Part shown: positions 1 through 9,298 of the stretch, piece after piece
Position numbering within the stretch: the stretch's first letter is position 1
Layout: each line of letters opens with the position of its first letter
Source: an uncultured Alphaproteobacteria bacterium
GTDB lineage: Bacteria > Pseudomonadota > Alphaproteobacteria > CAAGCB01 > CAG-977
Length of the DNA: 35,166 nucleotides
Reading direction: 5' to 3'
Assembly (NCBI GenBank): GCA_944392845.1
Contig: CALXYE010000095.1
Coordinates: 1-35,166 of the forward strand
Translations under genes and position numbers: made by a program
The notes under the pieces: model-generated
Seen by the model: only the letters and a program-made list of their open reading frames with translations
Told to the model about the DNA's origin: nothing
Database searches by the model: none

Positions 1-82
1 GATGCGGATTGCTATACGCCGGCATCAGCGATTCGTGCGCCATGGCAACATTGCTGTCAAAAATGCCTTGGAACAAACGTCC

Positions 83-1573
83 TTACCGCTGAACGGATTT
101 TTGACGATAAAGAGCGGCGGCATTAACCGCCGCTTTTTGATTTTGAGAAAATTTCCGCAACGTCGAATGAAGACTTGAACGGCCTTCTTTTGCCGCATTT
201 TCATGTTCAAGCTTGGTCAATGCGGGTTCCAAATATTTTGCATAATACGCTTTGCGCGGATCGGAAGGGGCTTTGGGATCGTATTCGGCGAAAACGCGCT
301 TGCCCGTTACGGGTTCGTTCAAGGCGCGAAATCCCTTTACGCGCCCTTCGTCCCTGTCCATCGTCAAAGCAACGTCCAAAGCATCCCTGCCGGAACAATT
401 AACATCCGGAGCATGCCCTTTGACTTCTATATTTTCGCCTTCTTTGTCCCAATACGTCAGCTTTGTTACGCCGACGCGCATCAAATAACCGCACGGCATT
501 GCAAAGCTGCCTTGCGTAAACTGTTGCATCCCCGCGGTGTTTTCACCGATATAACGCACGTTCGGATGATGATAAAACGACGTATAAGCGCTTTCTCCCG
601 AAGACGCCACTCCGCGGTCAATCAGAACATCCAAACGCCCTTTAAAGCCTTTTTCTTCGTTAAACGGATAATACGTCTGCGTTTCGTCAAACAAAGTGCG
701 AGTGCGGTTTGAAAAATGTTCGCGAACCAGTATCTGATCTTTTTTCAATCCGTCTTTGGCATAGTTCGATTCTTTATAAGCGCCGTGATCGTGCAAAAAT
801 TTGTTTGAAAGCTTTGTATCGTTAATCTCGCAACGTTTATACGAATTCGTCATGTTGCCGTACAGGCGTTTTGCCACATGATCTATCGGTTTGTCTTCTC
901 CGCCCCCGTTGCCGCGCACGTCCAGCAAAATGCGCCCCTTTTCCCATTTTTCCCGATTCTCGCCGTATGTCTTGTCAAACGCCTCTATAAACCCCTGCCA
1001 CCGTTCGTAACTGCCGTCGGCGCCCAATCTGGGAACGGAAACGACCAAGATGTCTTCGTCGCCGTTCCGTATCGTTCCGATTTGCCACAACGCGCATTCG
1101 TTCCCGAACGAATCATGCGTTCGTTCTTCGGCAAGAACGGTGTAATTTTCAGGCTTGGTTTTCGCGTCGGCGATATTCTTTCCGACATTCGGCTTTTCTT
1201 TTTCCCCGCCGCCCGTCGCGTGCGCCGTCCCCGTCATCAGCATAAAATGCCGATCCTGTATGTACGGCGCCGTCGTCCGCGCGACGTTCAACATAAAATC
1301 TTTTTGACGGACGGGCTCTTTGATGTCGTCATACAGCCGTTCCACGGACTTTTCAAACGCGGCGTTGTTCTCTGCGCCGAACGATTGCCATCCGACATGT
1401 TCCCGCGAAGCCTTCGCCCAAAACGCCAGATTGAATTTTTGTTCTTCTTCGGATAATACCCGATCATCCAGTTCGGGATGTTCTTTGCCGAAATCGCCCA
1501 GCGTCAATCCCCGATATGACGCCGTCATTTGTTCTTCGGATACAGATTCCAGAATCTCTTTAAAGCTTGTCAT
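83..1573 (-). CDS. S41-family (tail-specific/tricorn-like) serine peptidase, no obvious signal peptide
   Basis: 496-aa ORF with S41 motifs LLDVRGNGGG, VASSGE (catalytic Ser), IGENTAG and GHAPDV. The N-terminus is hydrophilic. Confidence 0.8.
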   Translation of the reverse strand: MTSFKEILESVSEEQMTASYRGLTLGDFGKEHPELDDRVLSEEEQKFNLAFWAKASREHVGWQSFGAENNAAFEKSVERLYDDIKEPVRQKDFMLNVARTTAPYIQDRHFMLMTGTAHATGGGEKEKPNVGKNIADAKTKPENYTVLAEERTHDSFGNECALWQIGTIRNGDEDILVVSVPRLGADGSYERWQGFIEAFDKTYGENREKWEKGRILLDVRGNGGGEDKPIDHVAKRLYGNMTNSYKRCEINDTKLSNKFLHDHGAYKESNYAKDGLKKDQILVREHFSNRTRTLFDETQTYYPFNEEKGFKGRLDVLIDRGVASSGESAYTSFYHHPNVRYIGENTAGMQQFTQGSFAMPCGYLMRVGVTKLTYWDKEGENIEVKGHAPDVNCSGRDALDVALTMDRDEGRVKGFRALNEPVTGKRVFAEYDPKAPSDPRKAYYAKYLEPALTKLEHENAAKEGRSSLHSTLRKFSQNQKAAVNAAALYRQKSVQR

Positions 1574-1643
1574 TTCCCGTTTTCCGCTCCCGTTGCTTTA
1601 CATTGTAGCGGATTTTTTAAAAAAAACAAACAAGCCGGCGCGA

Positions 1644-2600
1644 CTACGATACCGCGTTTAAAATATAACCGACCCGTTCCTCAGGCGTCAGACCGACAGG
1701 ATAAGTTTTTTCGATTTTTTTGACAACGGTCGCCAAACCGCTGCCGTTGGCAATCTGAATCGCCAGTCCGGGACGCGCGTTCAGCTCCAGCATCATCGGC
1801 CCTCTGTCCCTATCCAAAACAATATCCGCACCCAAATATCCCAGTCCCGTCATTTCATAGGCTTTCGCGCCGATCAGCAGGTGTTCGCGCCAAAACGGAA
1901 CGACCAGTTTTGACAGATCCGCCCCCGTATCGGGATGAACGCTGACGGGACGGTTATGCATCACCGCGCGCAACGTTTTTCCGCTCCGAATGTCCAAGCC
2001 TACTCCGACGGCGCCTTGGTGCAGATTCGCGCGGCCGCCCGATTCCGCCGTTGCCAAACGCATCATCGCCATCGCGGGATATCCCTTATAGACAATGATG
2101 CGCACGTCGGGAACCCCCTGATAGCTGAAGTTTTTGAACAAATCGCTGAAATTGACCGTTTCCTCAATAAGGGCGACGTCGTACTGTCCGCCCAAACTGA
2201 ACAACCCGCTCAAGGTATTGGATATATGCCCGAAAACTTCCCGAAAGCTCAAAACTTTTCCCGAGGCGGTAAAAAAACGGTCTTCTTCCCAACGGTTGAC
2301 AACCAGAACGCCTTTACCGCCGCTGCCGTGAGCGGGCTTGATGACGAATTGCGGCGCATTTTTGATGACGTCGGGAAAATCTTTAACCTGGTGCTGATAT
2401 TCAATCACGCCGATCAAACGCGGCGTATTGATGCCCGCCTTTCCCGCCAGCACCTTCGTTTTGACCTTATCGTCGACCAAAGGATACAAGCGGCGGTCGT
2501 TCTGCGGCGCGATAATCTTATAATTGCGGGCGTTCATCCCCAACACGCCGTTCGCTTTCAAAGCGGAAGGAAGGCTGTAATTTTTCAACCAACCGAACAT
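1644..2600 (-). CDS. alpha-L-glutamate ligase-like ATP-grasp protein (RimK-related)
   Basis: Motifs GMNARN, VDDKVKTK, FVIKPAHGSGGKG, PDVRII, ANLHQG and LELNARPGLAIQIAN. Last gene of the conserved three-gene operon. Confidence 0.88.
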   Translation of the reverse strand: MFGWLKNYSLPSALKANGVLGMNARNYKIIAPQNDRRLYPLVDDKVKTKVLAGKAGINTPRLIGVIEYQHQVKDFPDVIKNAPQFVIKPAHGSGGKGVLVVNRWEEDRFFTASGKVLSFREVFGHISNTLSGLFSLGGQYDVALIEETVNFSDLFKNFSYQGVPDVRIIVYKGYPAMAMMRLATAESGGRANLHQGAVGVGLDIRSGKTLRAVMHNRPVSVHPDTGADLSKLVVPFWREHLLIGAKAYEMTGLGYLGADIVLDRDRGPMMLELNARPGLAIQIANGSGLATVVKKIEKTYPVGLTPEERVGYILNAVS

Positions 2601-2601
2601 A

Positions 2602-4137
2602 TCACCTTCCTTTTGCCAAGGATGAAAAGCGTTTCAATTCGGTCAGACGGTACCCCGTATACGTTCCCAACAGCATGACGGCAAACAAAATCACCAGATT
2701 GATTTCGTTAAAGGCAAACGTGATATGGCGGATGTATTCGCTGCTGATGACAAGGTAAGTCACCGCCGCGGTCACCATGCTGTAAAAGATTTCGGACAAG
2801 GCGTTGGAAGCGCCGTCTTCTTCCCAGGTAATGGAAGCGCGTTCGATAATCCATGCCGTAATGATAATGGGAAAGAACACGGCCGAAGAAGCGAATTCCC
2901 ATCCCGTACGGTACCCCGCAACGGTCAGAATCTGAATGATCAGAATGACAAAGATTACGACCGATGAAATCCTCGGCACCAAAAGAAGGTTTAAATGCGA
3001 CAAAAGCGCGCGCAAGAGCAGTCCGACGGCAATAATGACGGAAAAGCCGGCCAAGCCCGCCCAAAAGCCCGTCTTGACCAGCGACATGGCAATCAGCATC
3101 GGCGTGAACGTCCCCATTGTTTTAATTCCGACGACGTTGCGCATCAAAACGACGATAAGGATGCCCAAAGGAAAGACCGTCAGCCATTTCAAAGCGTTCT
3201 GTTCCAGCAGGGGCAGGCCGTAGATTGAATAATCGAACACGCGGCGATAGCCTTCCGCCTGCGCCCGATGGCCGGCCAGCTTGAACGACGAAACGACGGA
3301 ACGCAGCGCCGAAAAGCGCACCTTGGACTCCCTGCCGCCCGCGACGTCCAGCAAAGACGCGCTGCCGCGCTGGAAGATAATGAAGTTTTCGGGAAGACCG
3401 GGCTTGCCCGTATTTATGTCGAACAACCGCCATTTGCGGCCGTCATAGGCTTCCAGCATAAGATCCGCTTCGGCCGCCTGCTTGCCCTCCTCCAAACGCA
3501 CGCCGTGCACCAATCGGGCGGGAATTGATTTCAACGCCAACAGCTCGATCATTTTCTCGGCGCGCTGCTTCTGGTTAACCTTGACGGGCAGGAACGCGTT
3601 GACGGCGGGGCTCAAAGGTTCTTTGTTGAAAATACCGATGATTTTTTGCGGCCAGATTCCCTCGAAGTTTTCGGCTTCGGCCAGAATCTCCTCCGCCGTT
3701 TGCTTTTGGCGTTCGTCATAGACGGGCTTTTCCAAGGGCGGGATTTTTTCGTCGGTCAGTTTGCCGCGCTTTTCTTCGTTATCGTACACGGTCAAACGAT
3801 AATAAATGTTCTGTTCCTTTTCCTGCGGCCCCGACGTAAATTCAATTCGTCCGTTTCGGACGTCCCTGCGGACTTCATAACCCTGCGCCCGAACGTCCTC
3901 GTTCAGAATCCTGAAATTCCTTTTGGCGGAAGGCACGGCCAAAGACACCTTTACGGGCTCTCCCGTCGGCACGAACGACACGCGCGCGTCAATGTTCCAG
4001 ACTTTTGCCGTACGGTTCGGACGGAAATCAAATCCCCAGTACGTGATCTTATAATATGCCCCGTACCCCGCAAACGCCGCGGAAAGCAACAGCAAAAGCG
4101 TCAGAACCTTGCGAACCGTAAACAGCTTTTTTATCAT
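2602..4137 (-). CDS. inactive transglutaminase-like domain fused to 7 TM helices
   Basis: N-terminal TM, IPARLVHGVRL transglutaminase-like core, and a hydrophobic C-terminal region with MGTFTPMLIA, FFPIIITAWIIER and GTYTGYRLTEL. Confidence 0.85.
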   Translation of the reverse strand: MIKKLFTVRKVLTLLLLLSAAFAGYGAYYKITYWGFDFRPNRTAKVWNIDARVSFVPTGEPVKVSLAVPSAKRNFRILNEDVRAQGYEVRRDVRNGRIEFTSGPQEKEQNIYYRLTVYDNEEKRGKLTDEKIPPLEKPVYDERQKQTAEEILAEAENFEGIWPQKIIGIFNKEPLSPAVNAFLPVKVNQKQRAEKMIELLALKSIPARLVHGVRLEEGKQAAEADLMLEAYDGRKWRLFDINTGKPGLPENFIIFQRGSASLLDVAGGRESKVRFSALRSVVSSFKLAGHRAQAEGYRRVFDYSIYGLPLLEQNALKWLTVFPLGILIVVLMRNVVGIKTMGTFTPMLIAMSLVKTGFWAGLAGFSVIIAVGLLLRALLSHLNLLLVPRISSVVIFVILIIQILTVAGYRTGWEFASSAVFFPIIITAWIIERASITWEEDGASNALSEIFYSMVTAAVTYLVISSEYIRHITFAFNEINLVILFAVMLLGTYTGYRLTELKRFSSLAKGR

Positions 4138-4148
4138 TTCTTTTCGCC

Positions 4149-4688
4149 TTATTTAAGCGTGTGGGAAAGCGACGTATCCACGATCGCGCGTCCGCTCAGG
4201 ATATTGCGGCCGATCAAAGCCTGATATTCGAAATTATCGCGCTTTGCCAAAGTAAATTCGCTGGTAAATTCCTCGCCGCCGAACCTGACCGCCATACTGA
4301 CCTTGAGGCGGTCTTCCTTTTCCTTGATTCTTTTGATGCGGATGCTTTCAAGAACGCGTTTTTCAAACGCGTGCGTTTCCCCCGACCGCCTGTTGACGAT
4401 TTTGAACGAAACCCATTTTTCCCCGTCGCGCTCAAATTCCCTAATATCGTCGGCATCCAGGGACGACGTCGTGGCTCCCGTATCTATTCTGGCTTCAAAG
4501 GCCGACTTCATCGGCAAGATATAAATCGGTTCGACCGCGCCGATTACGTTCGACGGCGTTTCGGCCTTTTTCGGCACTTCCCTGACGGGCGGCGCGACGA
4601 CCGAAACGGCGGGGCATTGCGGGCTTTGACACCCGAACGACAAAACCGAAAGGCTCAAAACCGCCGTGATCTTCATAAAAGCCTTCAT
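4149..4688 (-). CDS. RimK-associated putative ATP-dependent zinc/aspartic-type protease, probable lipoprotein
   Basis: ARIDTGATTSSL and LIGRNIL motifs. N-terminal signal with lipobox-like SFGC. Confidence 0.82.
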   Translation of the reverse strand: MKAFMKITAVLSLSVLSFGCQSPQCPAVSVVAPPVREVPKKAETPSNVIGAVEPIYILPMKSAFEARIDTGATTSSLDADDIREFERDGEKWVSFKIVNRRSGETHAFEKRVLESIRIKRIKEKEDRLKVSMAVRFGGEEFTSEFTLAKRDNFEYQALIGRNILSGRAIVDTSLSHTLK

Positions 4689-4883
4689 AATCCCCGCCCT
4701 TGCTAAAATTTATTTCTCTAATTGTATGTATTGCCCCGCGTAAAGCAAGCAAAATTCGTCGGAAACGACTCGAAGATTTTGGGTATTGACTCCGCATCGG
4801 CGCGGCATAATATTGATTGCGCGAGTGCGGACAAAAAAGCGCCGCGCTCAAACGGAAACCGTCAAAAACATCGGAACGGAACT

Positions 4884-5801
4884 ATGCGAAAGATTACTGT
4901 CGTCGGGGCTGGATTTGTCGGATCAAGCATTGCTTATTCTTTAATGCTGGCGGAAGCGACGGACGAGATCGCGCTGATTGACGTCAACGAAGCAGCCGTC
5001 CGCGCGGAGGTCGCCGACATCCGACCGGGTCTGTCGGCCATCAGTCCGACGCGCGTACATGAAGGATGCTGGGCGGACGCGGCCGACAGTGATATCGTCA
5101 TCGTTACGGCGGGCATCAGCCGCAAGCCGAACGAAAGCCGCATGGATCTGATCGGAAAAAATGCGTCGATTGCCCGCGGAATCGCTCAAAAATTAAAGGA
5201 ATACGGCTCGTCGGCGCTTGTTATCGTCGTATCGAATCCCGTTGACGTCATCACGCGGATCATTGCCGAAGAATTGGGCGAAACGACGGGGCGCGTTTTC
5301 GGAACGGGATGCCTGCTTGATTCGGCGCGTTTCGGTTCCGTTTTGGCGGATTTCCTGAACGTTTCGGAAAAGTCCGTTCGCGCTTTCGTCGCGGGCGAAC
5401 ACGGAGAGGGACAGGTTTTACTGTGGAGCTCCGTCGAAATTGACGGCATCCCCCTTAACGCTTGGTTAAACGAAAGAAACTCGGAGATCCGCGAAGAAGA
5501 TAAGCGCCTGATTGCGAAAAGAATCGCCGATATGGGAGCGAACATCATTGCCGGCAAAGGACGCACGCACTACGGCATCGCAGGCTGTACGGCGTATATC
5601 GTCAACGAATTAAAGCAGGGAAAGACGCTCCTTTTGCCTTTGACGCGCCCCCTGACGGGCGAATTCGGATATGCGGGCGTTTGCGCCAGCCTTCCCTGCG
5701 TGCTGACGACGGACGGAATTACGGGAAGCAAAACCGACGGCATAACCCCCGACGAGATTGAACAAATCAAGCGTTTCCTTGAAGCCTCTAAAAACGCATG
5801 A
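4884..5801 (+). CDS. L-lactate/malate dehydrogenase family protein
   Basis: The ATG at 4884 gives MRKITVVGAGFVG (Rossmann fold). Also VSNPVD, LDSARF, GEHG and KGRTHYGIA. Confidence 0.88.
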   Translation: MRKITVVGAGFVGSSIAYSLMLAEATDEIALIDVNEAAVRAEVADIRPGLSAISPTRVHEGCWADAADSDIVIVTAGISRKPNESRMDLIGKNASIARGIAQKLKEYGSSALVIVVSNPVDVITRIIAEELGETTGRVFGTGCLLDSARFGSVLADFLNVSEKSVRAFVAGEHGEGQVLLWSSVEIDGIPLNAWLNERNSEIREEDKRLIAKRIADMGANIIAGKGRTHYGIAGCTAYIVNELKQGKTLLLPLTRPLTGEFGYAGVCASLPCVLTTDGITGSKTDGITPDEIEQIKRFLEASKNA

Positions 5802-5824
5802 ATTTTTTTCGCTTTAAAAAATCC

Positions 5825-5841
5825 CTTAAGCGTTCCTTAAG
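5825..5841 (+). promoter_or_regulatory. PmrA/QseB-type direct-repeat binding box
   Basis: CTTAAG-cgttc-CTTAAG, 60 bp upstream of the ygiW-like ATG. Matches the YTTAAK-N5-YTTAAK consensus. Confidence 0.75.
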
Positions 5842-5901
5842 TTCGGAATGTTGAACTGAAATTGTCATCGGGAAAACAACATCGTTTTAAGGAGAAAACA
5901 T

Positions 5902-6267
5902 ATGAACAAGTTTACAGCACTGACTTCCCTGGCTTTGATTTTCGGTTTGGCGGACGGCGCGTCGGCTCAGATGATGCCCCGCGGCGGCTTTCAAGGCCCC
6001 GGACTGCCGATTATGACGGTCGCGGAAGCTTTAAAGGTATCCGACGATACCCCCGTCAAGCTGGAAGGCAAGATTGAAAAAAGCCTCGGCGACGAAAAAT
6101 ATCTGTTTAAGGATGCATCGGGCTCGATCACGATCGAAATCGACGACGATGATTGGAAGGGCGTAACGGCAACGCCGAACGATACGCTCGTTATTGAAGG
6201 CGAAGTTGATTCCGGCATGTTCGAAGCTACCGAAATTGACGTCAACACCGTTACCTTGAAAAAATAA
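5902..6267 (+). CDS. YgiW/YdeI-family periplasmic OB-fold stress protein
   Basis: AAGGAG RBS, signal peptide, [15 protein letters not shown] and [19 protein letters not shown]. Confidence 0.88.
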   Translation: MNKFTALTSLALIFGLADGASAQMMPRGGFQGPGLPIMTVAEALKVSDDTPVKLEGKIEKSLGDEKYLFKDASGSITIEIDDDDWKGVTATPNDTLVIEGEVDSGMFEATEIDVNTVTLKK

Positions 6268-6268
6268 C

Positions 6269-6925
6269 ATGCGGATACTACTCATCGAGGATGACGGGCT
6301 AATCGGCGACGGAATAAAAAACGGTCTGGAAAAACCGGGATTCGCCGTCGATTGGTTTTCCGACGGAAACGAAGGGCATGAAGCCCTGTTCCAGGCGGAA
6401 TACGACGCCGTCATCCTCGATCTGGGCCTGCCGGGACGCGACGGCCTTTCGATCCTGAAAGACTGGAGAAATCGCGGACGCTCCGAACCCGTTTTGATCC
6501 TGACCGCCCGCGGCGACGTGGACGAACGGGTCGCGGGGCTGAACAGCGGCGCCGACGATTATCTCGGCAAGCCGTTTTCCCTCAAAGAAGTCCAAGCGCG
6601 GCTCAATGCCCTGATACGGCGGAAAAACGGCGTTTCCGCTCCCGAAATCGTTTATCGGAACGTTACTTTCAATCCGCAATCCCGCAAGACTTTCCTTAAC
6701 GGTCGGGAAGTCGCCCTGTCACCGAAGGAAACGGCTCTTTTAGAAGCCTTGTTATTCAACCGCAACAAGGTCTTGTCTAAAGAGATTTTGGAAAACAAAC
6801 TTTATTCCTGGGACGACGAGGTTTCCAGCAACGCCGTTGAAGTCCACGTTCACCATTTGCGCAAAAAGCTCGGCAAAGACATCGTAAAAACGGTCAACAA
6901 GCTCGGATACATCACGGAGGATTGA
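6269..6925 (+). CDS. OmpR-family response regulator, QseB/PmrA-like
   Basis: [26 protein letters not shown] and [16 protein letters not shown]. Confidence 0.9.
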   Translation: MRILLIEDDGLIGDGIKNGLEKPGFAVDWFSDGNEGHEALFQAEYDAVILDLGLPGRDGLSILKDWRNRGRSEPVLILTARGDVDERVAGLNSGADDYLGKPFSLKEVQARLNALIRRKNGVSAPEIVYRNVTFNPQSRKTFLNGREVALSPKETALLEALLFNRNKVLSKEILENKLYSWDDEVSSNAVEVHVHHLRKKLGKDIVKTVNKLGYITED

Positions 6926-8275
6926 ATGAAAAAGCTCAATCTGCGCCTGCGTCTGACCGTTTTTTTCATTGTAATCTCGGTTGCCGTGTTCGCGACGGCG
7001 GGAATTTTATCGTGGACGGAATGCCGCGAAAAAGTCGATGAATTTTTTGACACATACCAAATCGCTTTGGCGCGCAGATTATCAACGGCAAACTGGGAAC
7101 AAATCGCCCCCGGCATGCAGGAAATCAGCGACGGGTTGGTTAAAGATATCCGTAACGCCGACGACGAAGACGATGCCGTCGGTTTTGCCGTTTTCAACAG
7201 CGAAGGGCGGAGAATCTTTCATGACGGGGAAAACGGACGGGATTTTCACCCGTTCGGCAGAACGGGCAGCTTCGGCACGGAAGACGTTGACGAAGAAGAC
7301 TGGCGCGTCATTCGCATGATGACGACGGACGGCAAATATATCGTCGCCGTCGGACAAGAGCTGGACTATCGCCGCGAAGTCACGGAAGACATGTTCGAGG
7401 AATTCATGGCGCCGTGGGGTATCGGGCTGATTGTCCTGCTGACGGCGATCATTGTTATGCTGACGTTGGAATTCACGCCGCTGAAACGCCTGGCGGCCGA
7501 TTTAAAAAAGCGTCCCGCGGAAGACCTCTCCCCGCTTGACGAAGCAAACATTCCCGACGAAGTGCGCCCGTTGACGGACGCCGTGAACGGACTGTTCAAA
7601 AGAATTGAACGAATGCTTCAAAGAGAACGCAGCTTCATCGCCGATTCCGCCCACGAACTCCGCAGCCCTCTGACGGCGCTCAAGGTTCAACTGGAAGTCG
7701 CGCGGATGAACGAAGATGATCCGAAAAAGCTCGACGACACGCTCCGAAAATTAGAACGCGGCATTGACCGCGCGGCACATTTGGTCGAGCAGTTATTGGC
7801 TTTGTCGAGAATCGATTCTTCCTTTGAACGGGAGCATGCGCCCCTGGATTGGAGGGAGATCGTCGCTCAGGTCACGGACGAGTATGCGCGGAGCGCGCGG
7901 GAAAAAGAAGCGGTTATTCGCGAAGACATTTCGGGACCTCCGCCTTTTTCGGAAGGAAATCCCGTTTGGGCGGCGCTGATGTTGCGCAATTTGGTTGACA
8001 ACGCGTTAAAATACAGTCCCGCAGGATCGGAAATCAGCATTTCCGTCAAAGACGGAAAACTCGCCGTGTGCAATTCAAACACCGCCGTTCCCGAAGAACG
8101 CCTGAAACATTTGTGCGAACGTTTTTATCGGCCGTCGGGACAAAAAACGGACGGAAGCGGCTTAGGCCTTGCCATTGTTTCGGAAATCGCGGCCGTACAC
8201 GGTTGTTGCACGGATTGCGCCAATACGCCGAACGGCTTTTGCGTAACCGTCTATCGCAAAAAGAATTTATCATAA
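6926..8275 (+). CDS. sensor histidine kinase, QseC/PmrB-like
   Basis: Two TMs, H-box ADSAHELRSPL, N-box NLVDNALKY and G-box GSGLGLAIV. Confidence 0.9.
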   Translation: MKKLNLRLRLTVFFIVISVAVFATAGILSWTECREKVDEFFDTYQIALARRLSTANWEQIAPGMQEISDGLVKDIRNADDEDDAVGFAVFNSEGRRIFHDGENGRDFHPFGRTGSFGTEDVDEEDWRVIRMMTTDGKYIVAVGQELDYRREVTEDMFEEFMAPWGIGLIVLLTAIIVMLTLEFTPLKRLAADLKKRPAEDLSPLDEANIPDEVRPLTDAVNGLFKRIERMLQRERSFIADSAHELRSPLTALKVQLEVARMNEDDPKKLDDTLRKLERGIDRAAHLVEQLLALSRIDSSFEREHAPLDWREIVAQVTDEYARSAREKEAVIREDISGPPPFSEGNPVWAALMLRNLVDNALKYSPAGSEISISVKDGKLAVCNSNTAVPEERLKHLCERFYRPSGQKTDGSGLGLAIVSEIAAVHGCCTDCANTPNGFCVTVYRKKNLS

Positions 8276-8452
8276 CTTTATACTTAATAAAAAACGATGC
8301 ACGCCTTTGTTTCTTATATTATTCTTTTTTTTAAAACAAAGGATTTGAAAGCTGAAAATAACTTTTAAAACATAACAAAGCGATAATGCAAAAAAACAAC
8401 AATAAACATATTGATTACAATCCCACAGAGATATACGCATGCTTTATTTAAA

Positions 8453-8481
8453 TTGAAAACGTCCAAAGTCAATGCTATACT
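8453..8481 (+). promoter_or_regulatory. sigma70-type promoter for the small repeat-peptide gene
   Basis: TTGAAA (8453-8458), 17 nt, then TATACT (8476-8481) with an extended -10 TG. Confidence 0.55.
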
Positions 8482-8515
8482 TATATTTGTGGCAATTTGT
8501 TTCGGGAGGGAAAGA

Positions 8516-8806
8516 ATGCTTCATAAAATTCTACAGTCTTTTAAAAGCGATCCTGAACAAGATTACAGTAATTTCGAAGGAGACTTGACGGGCGGCCTTC
8601 GAAAGGAAGACCAAACGGGCGGCTTTTGGAACCCTGATATGACGGGCGGTTTTTGGAACCCCGACATGACGGACGGCTATTGGAAAGAAAAGGTAAGGGA
8701 AGATTATATGGATTGTAAAGAGGGCGGTACGAATTGCAGAGAAGGCGGTACGGACTGCATAAACAACGCCGCCGCCATTGCCGCGCGACGCCAAGGCGGA
8801 CGTTAA
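8516..8806 (+). CDS. 96-aa hypothetical protein with tandem peptide repeats
   Basis: GGAGGG RBS before the ATG at 8516, and an upstream promoter. The repeats keep frame and vary partly at synonymous positions. Confidence 0.65.
   Translation: MLHKILQSFKSDPEQDYSNFEGDLTGGLRKEDQTGGFWNPDMTGGFWNPDMTDGYWKEKVREDYMDCKEGGTNCREGGTDCINNAAAIAARRQGGR
8582..8758 (+). repeat. intragenic tandem repeats: 4 x 27 nt and about 2.3 x 21 nt
   Basis: DLTGGLRKE/DQTGGFWNP/DMTGGFWNP/DMTDGYWKE (8582-8689) and DCKEGGT/NCREGGT/DC (8711-8758). Confidence 0.85.
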
Positions 8807-8975
8807 GGCATTTTCAACGTTTACTTTCCGTAAAAGGCCGCGCGAAATTTTAGGGCTTTTAAAATAATTTACGCGAAACGGATAAGCCGTTGCAAACGAC
8901 GCCGAAATCGGTCGGCAATAAGCAAACGTTCCGAAAGCTAAATTTCACTTTTCAAAAATAACGCGTCTTTTAAAA

Positions 8976-9298
8976 GGCGCGCCCGGCGGGATTGTTCGCT
9001 GCGCTCACCCCTCTTCGGGGGCCGCTCAACACGAACACGTTCGTGTCTGCGCGTCGTTCGCTTCCGCTCGCCGAACCCACTCGCGGGCTCTCTTCCCGCT
9101 TATCGGGCACAAAAAAATCCCCCTTTCAGGGGATTTTTGGCGCGCCCGGCGGGATTGTTCGCTGCCCTCACCCCTCTTCGGGGGCCGCTCGACCCGAACG
9201 CGTCGTGTCTGCGCGTCGTTCGCTTCCGCTCTCCGACCCCACTCGCGGGCTCTCTTCCCGCTTGTCGGGCACAAAAAAATCCCCTTTCAGGGGATTTT
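8976..9298 (-). repeat. two ~160-bp tRNA-linked tandem repeats (RtT-like), each containing the tRNA 3' end and a terminator
   Basis: Units 8976-9138 and 9139-9298 begin with ggcgcgcccggcgggatt, identical to the tRNA 3' end. Each ends in the hairpin aaaaaaatcccc-tttca-ggggatttt. Confidence 0.9.

Noticed and set aside
4722-4883. 54-aa N-terminal extension of the dehydrogenase
   Set aside because: The family starts at the Rossmann motif (ATG 4884). The extension spans the divergent promoter region.
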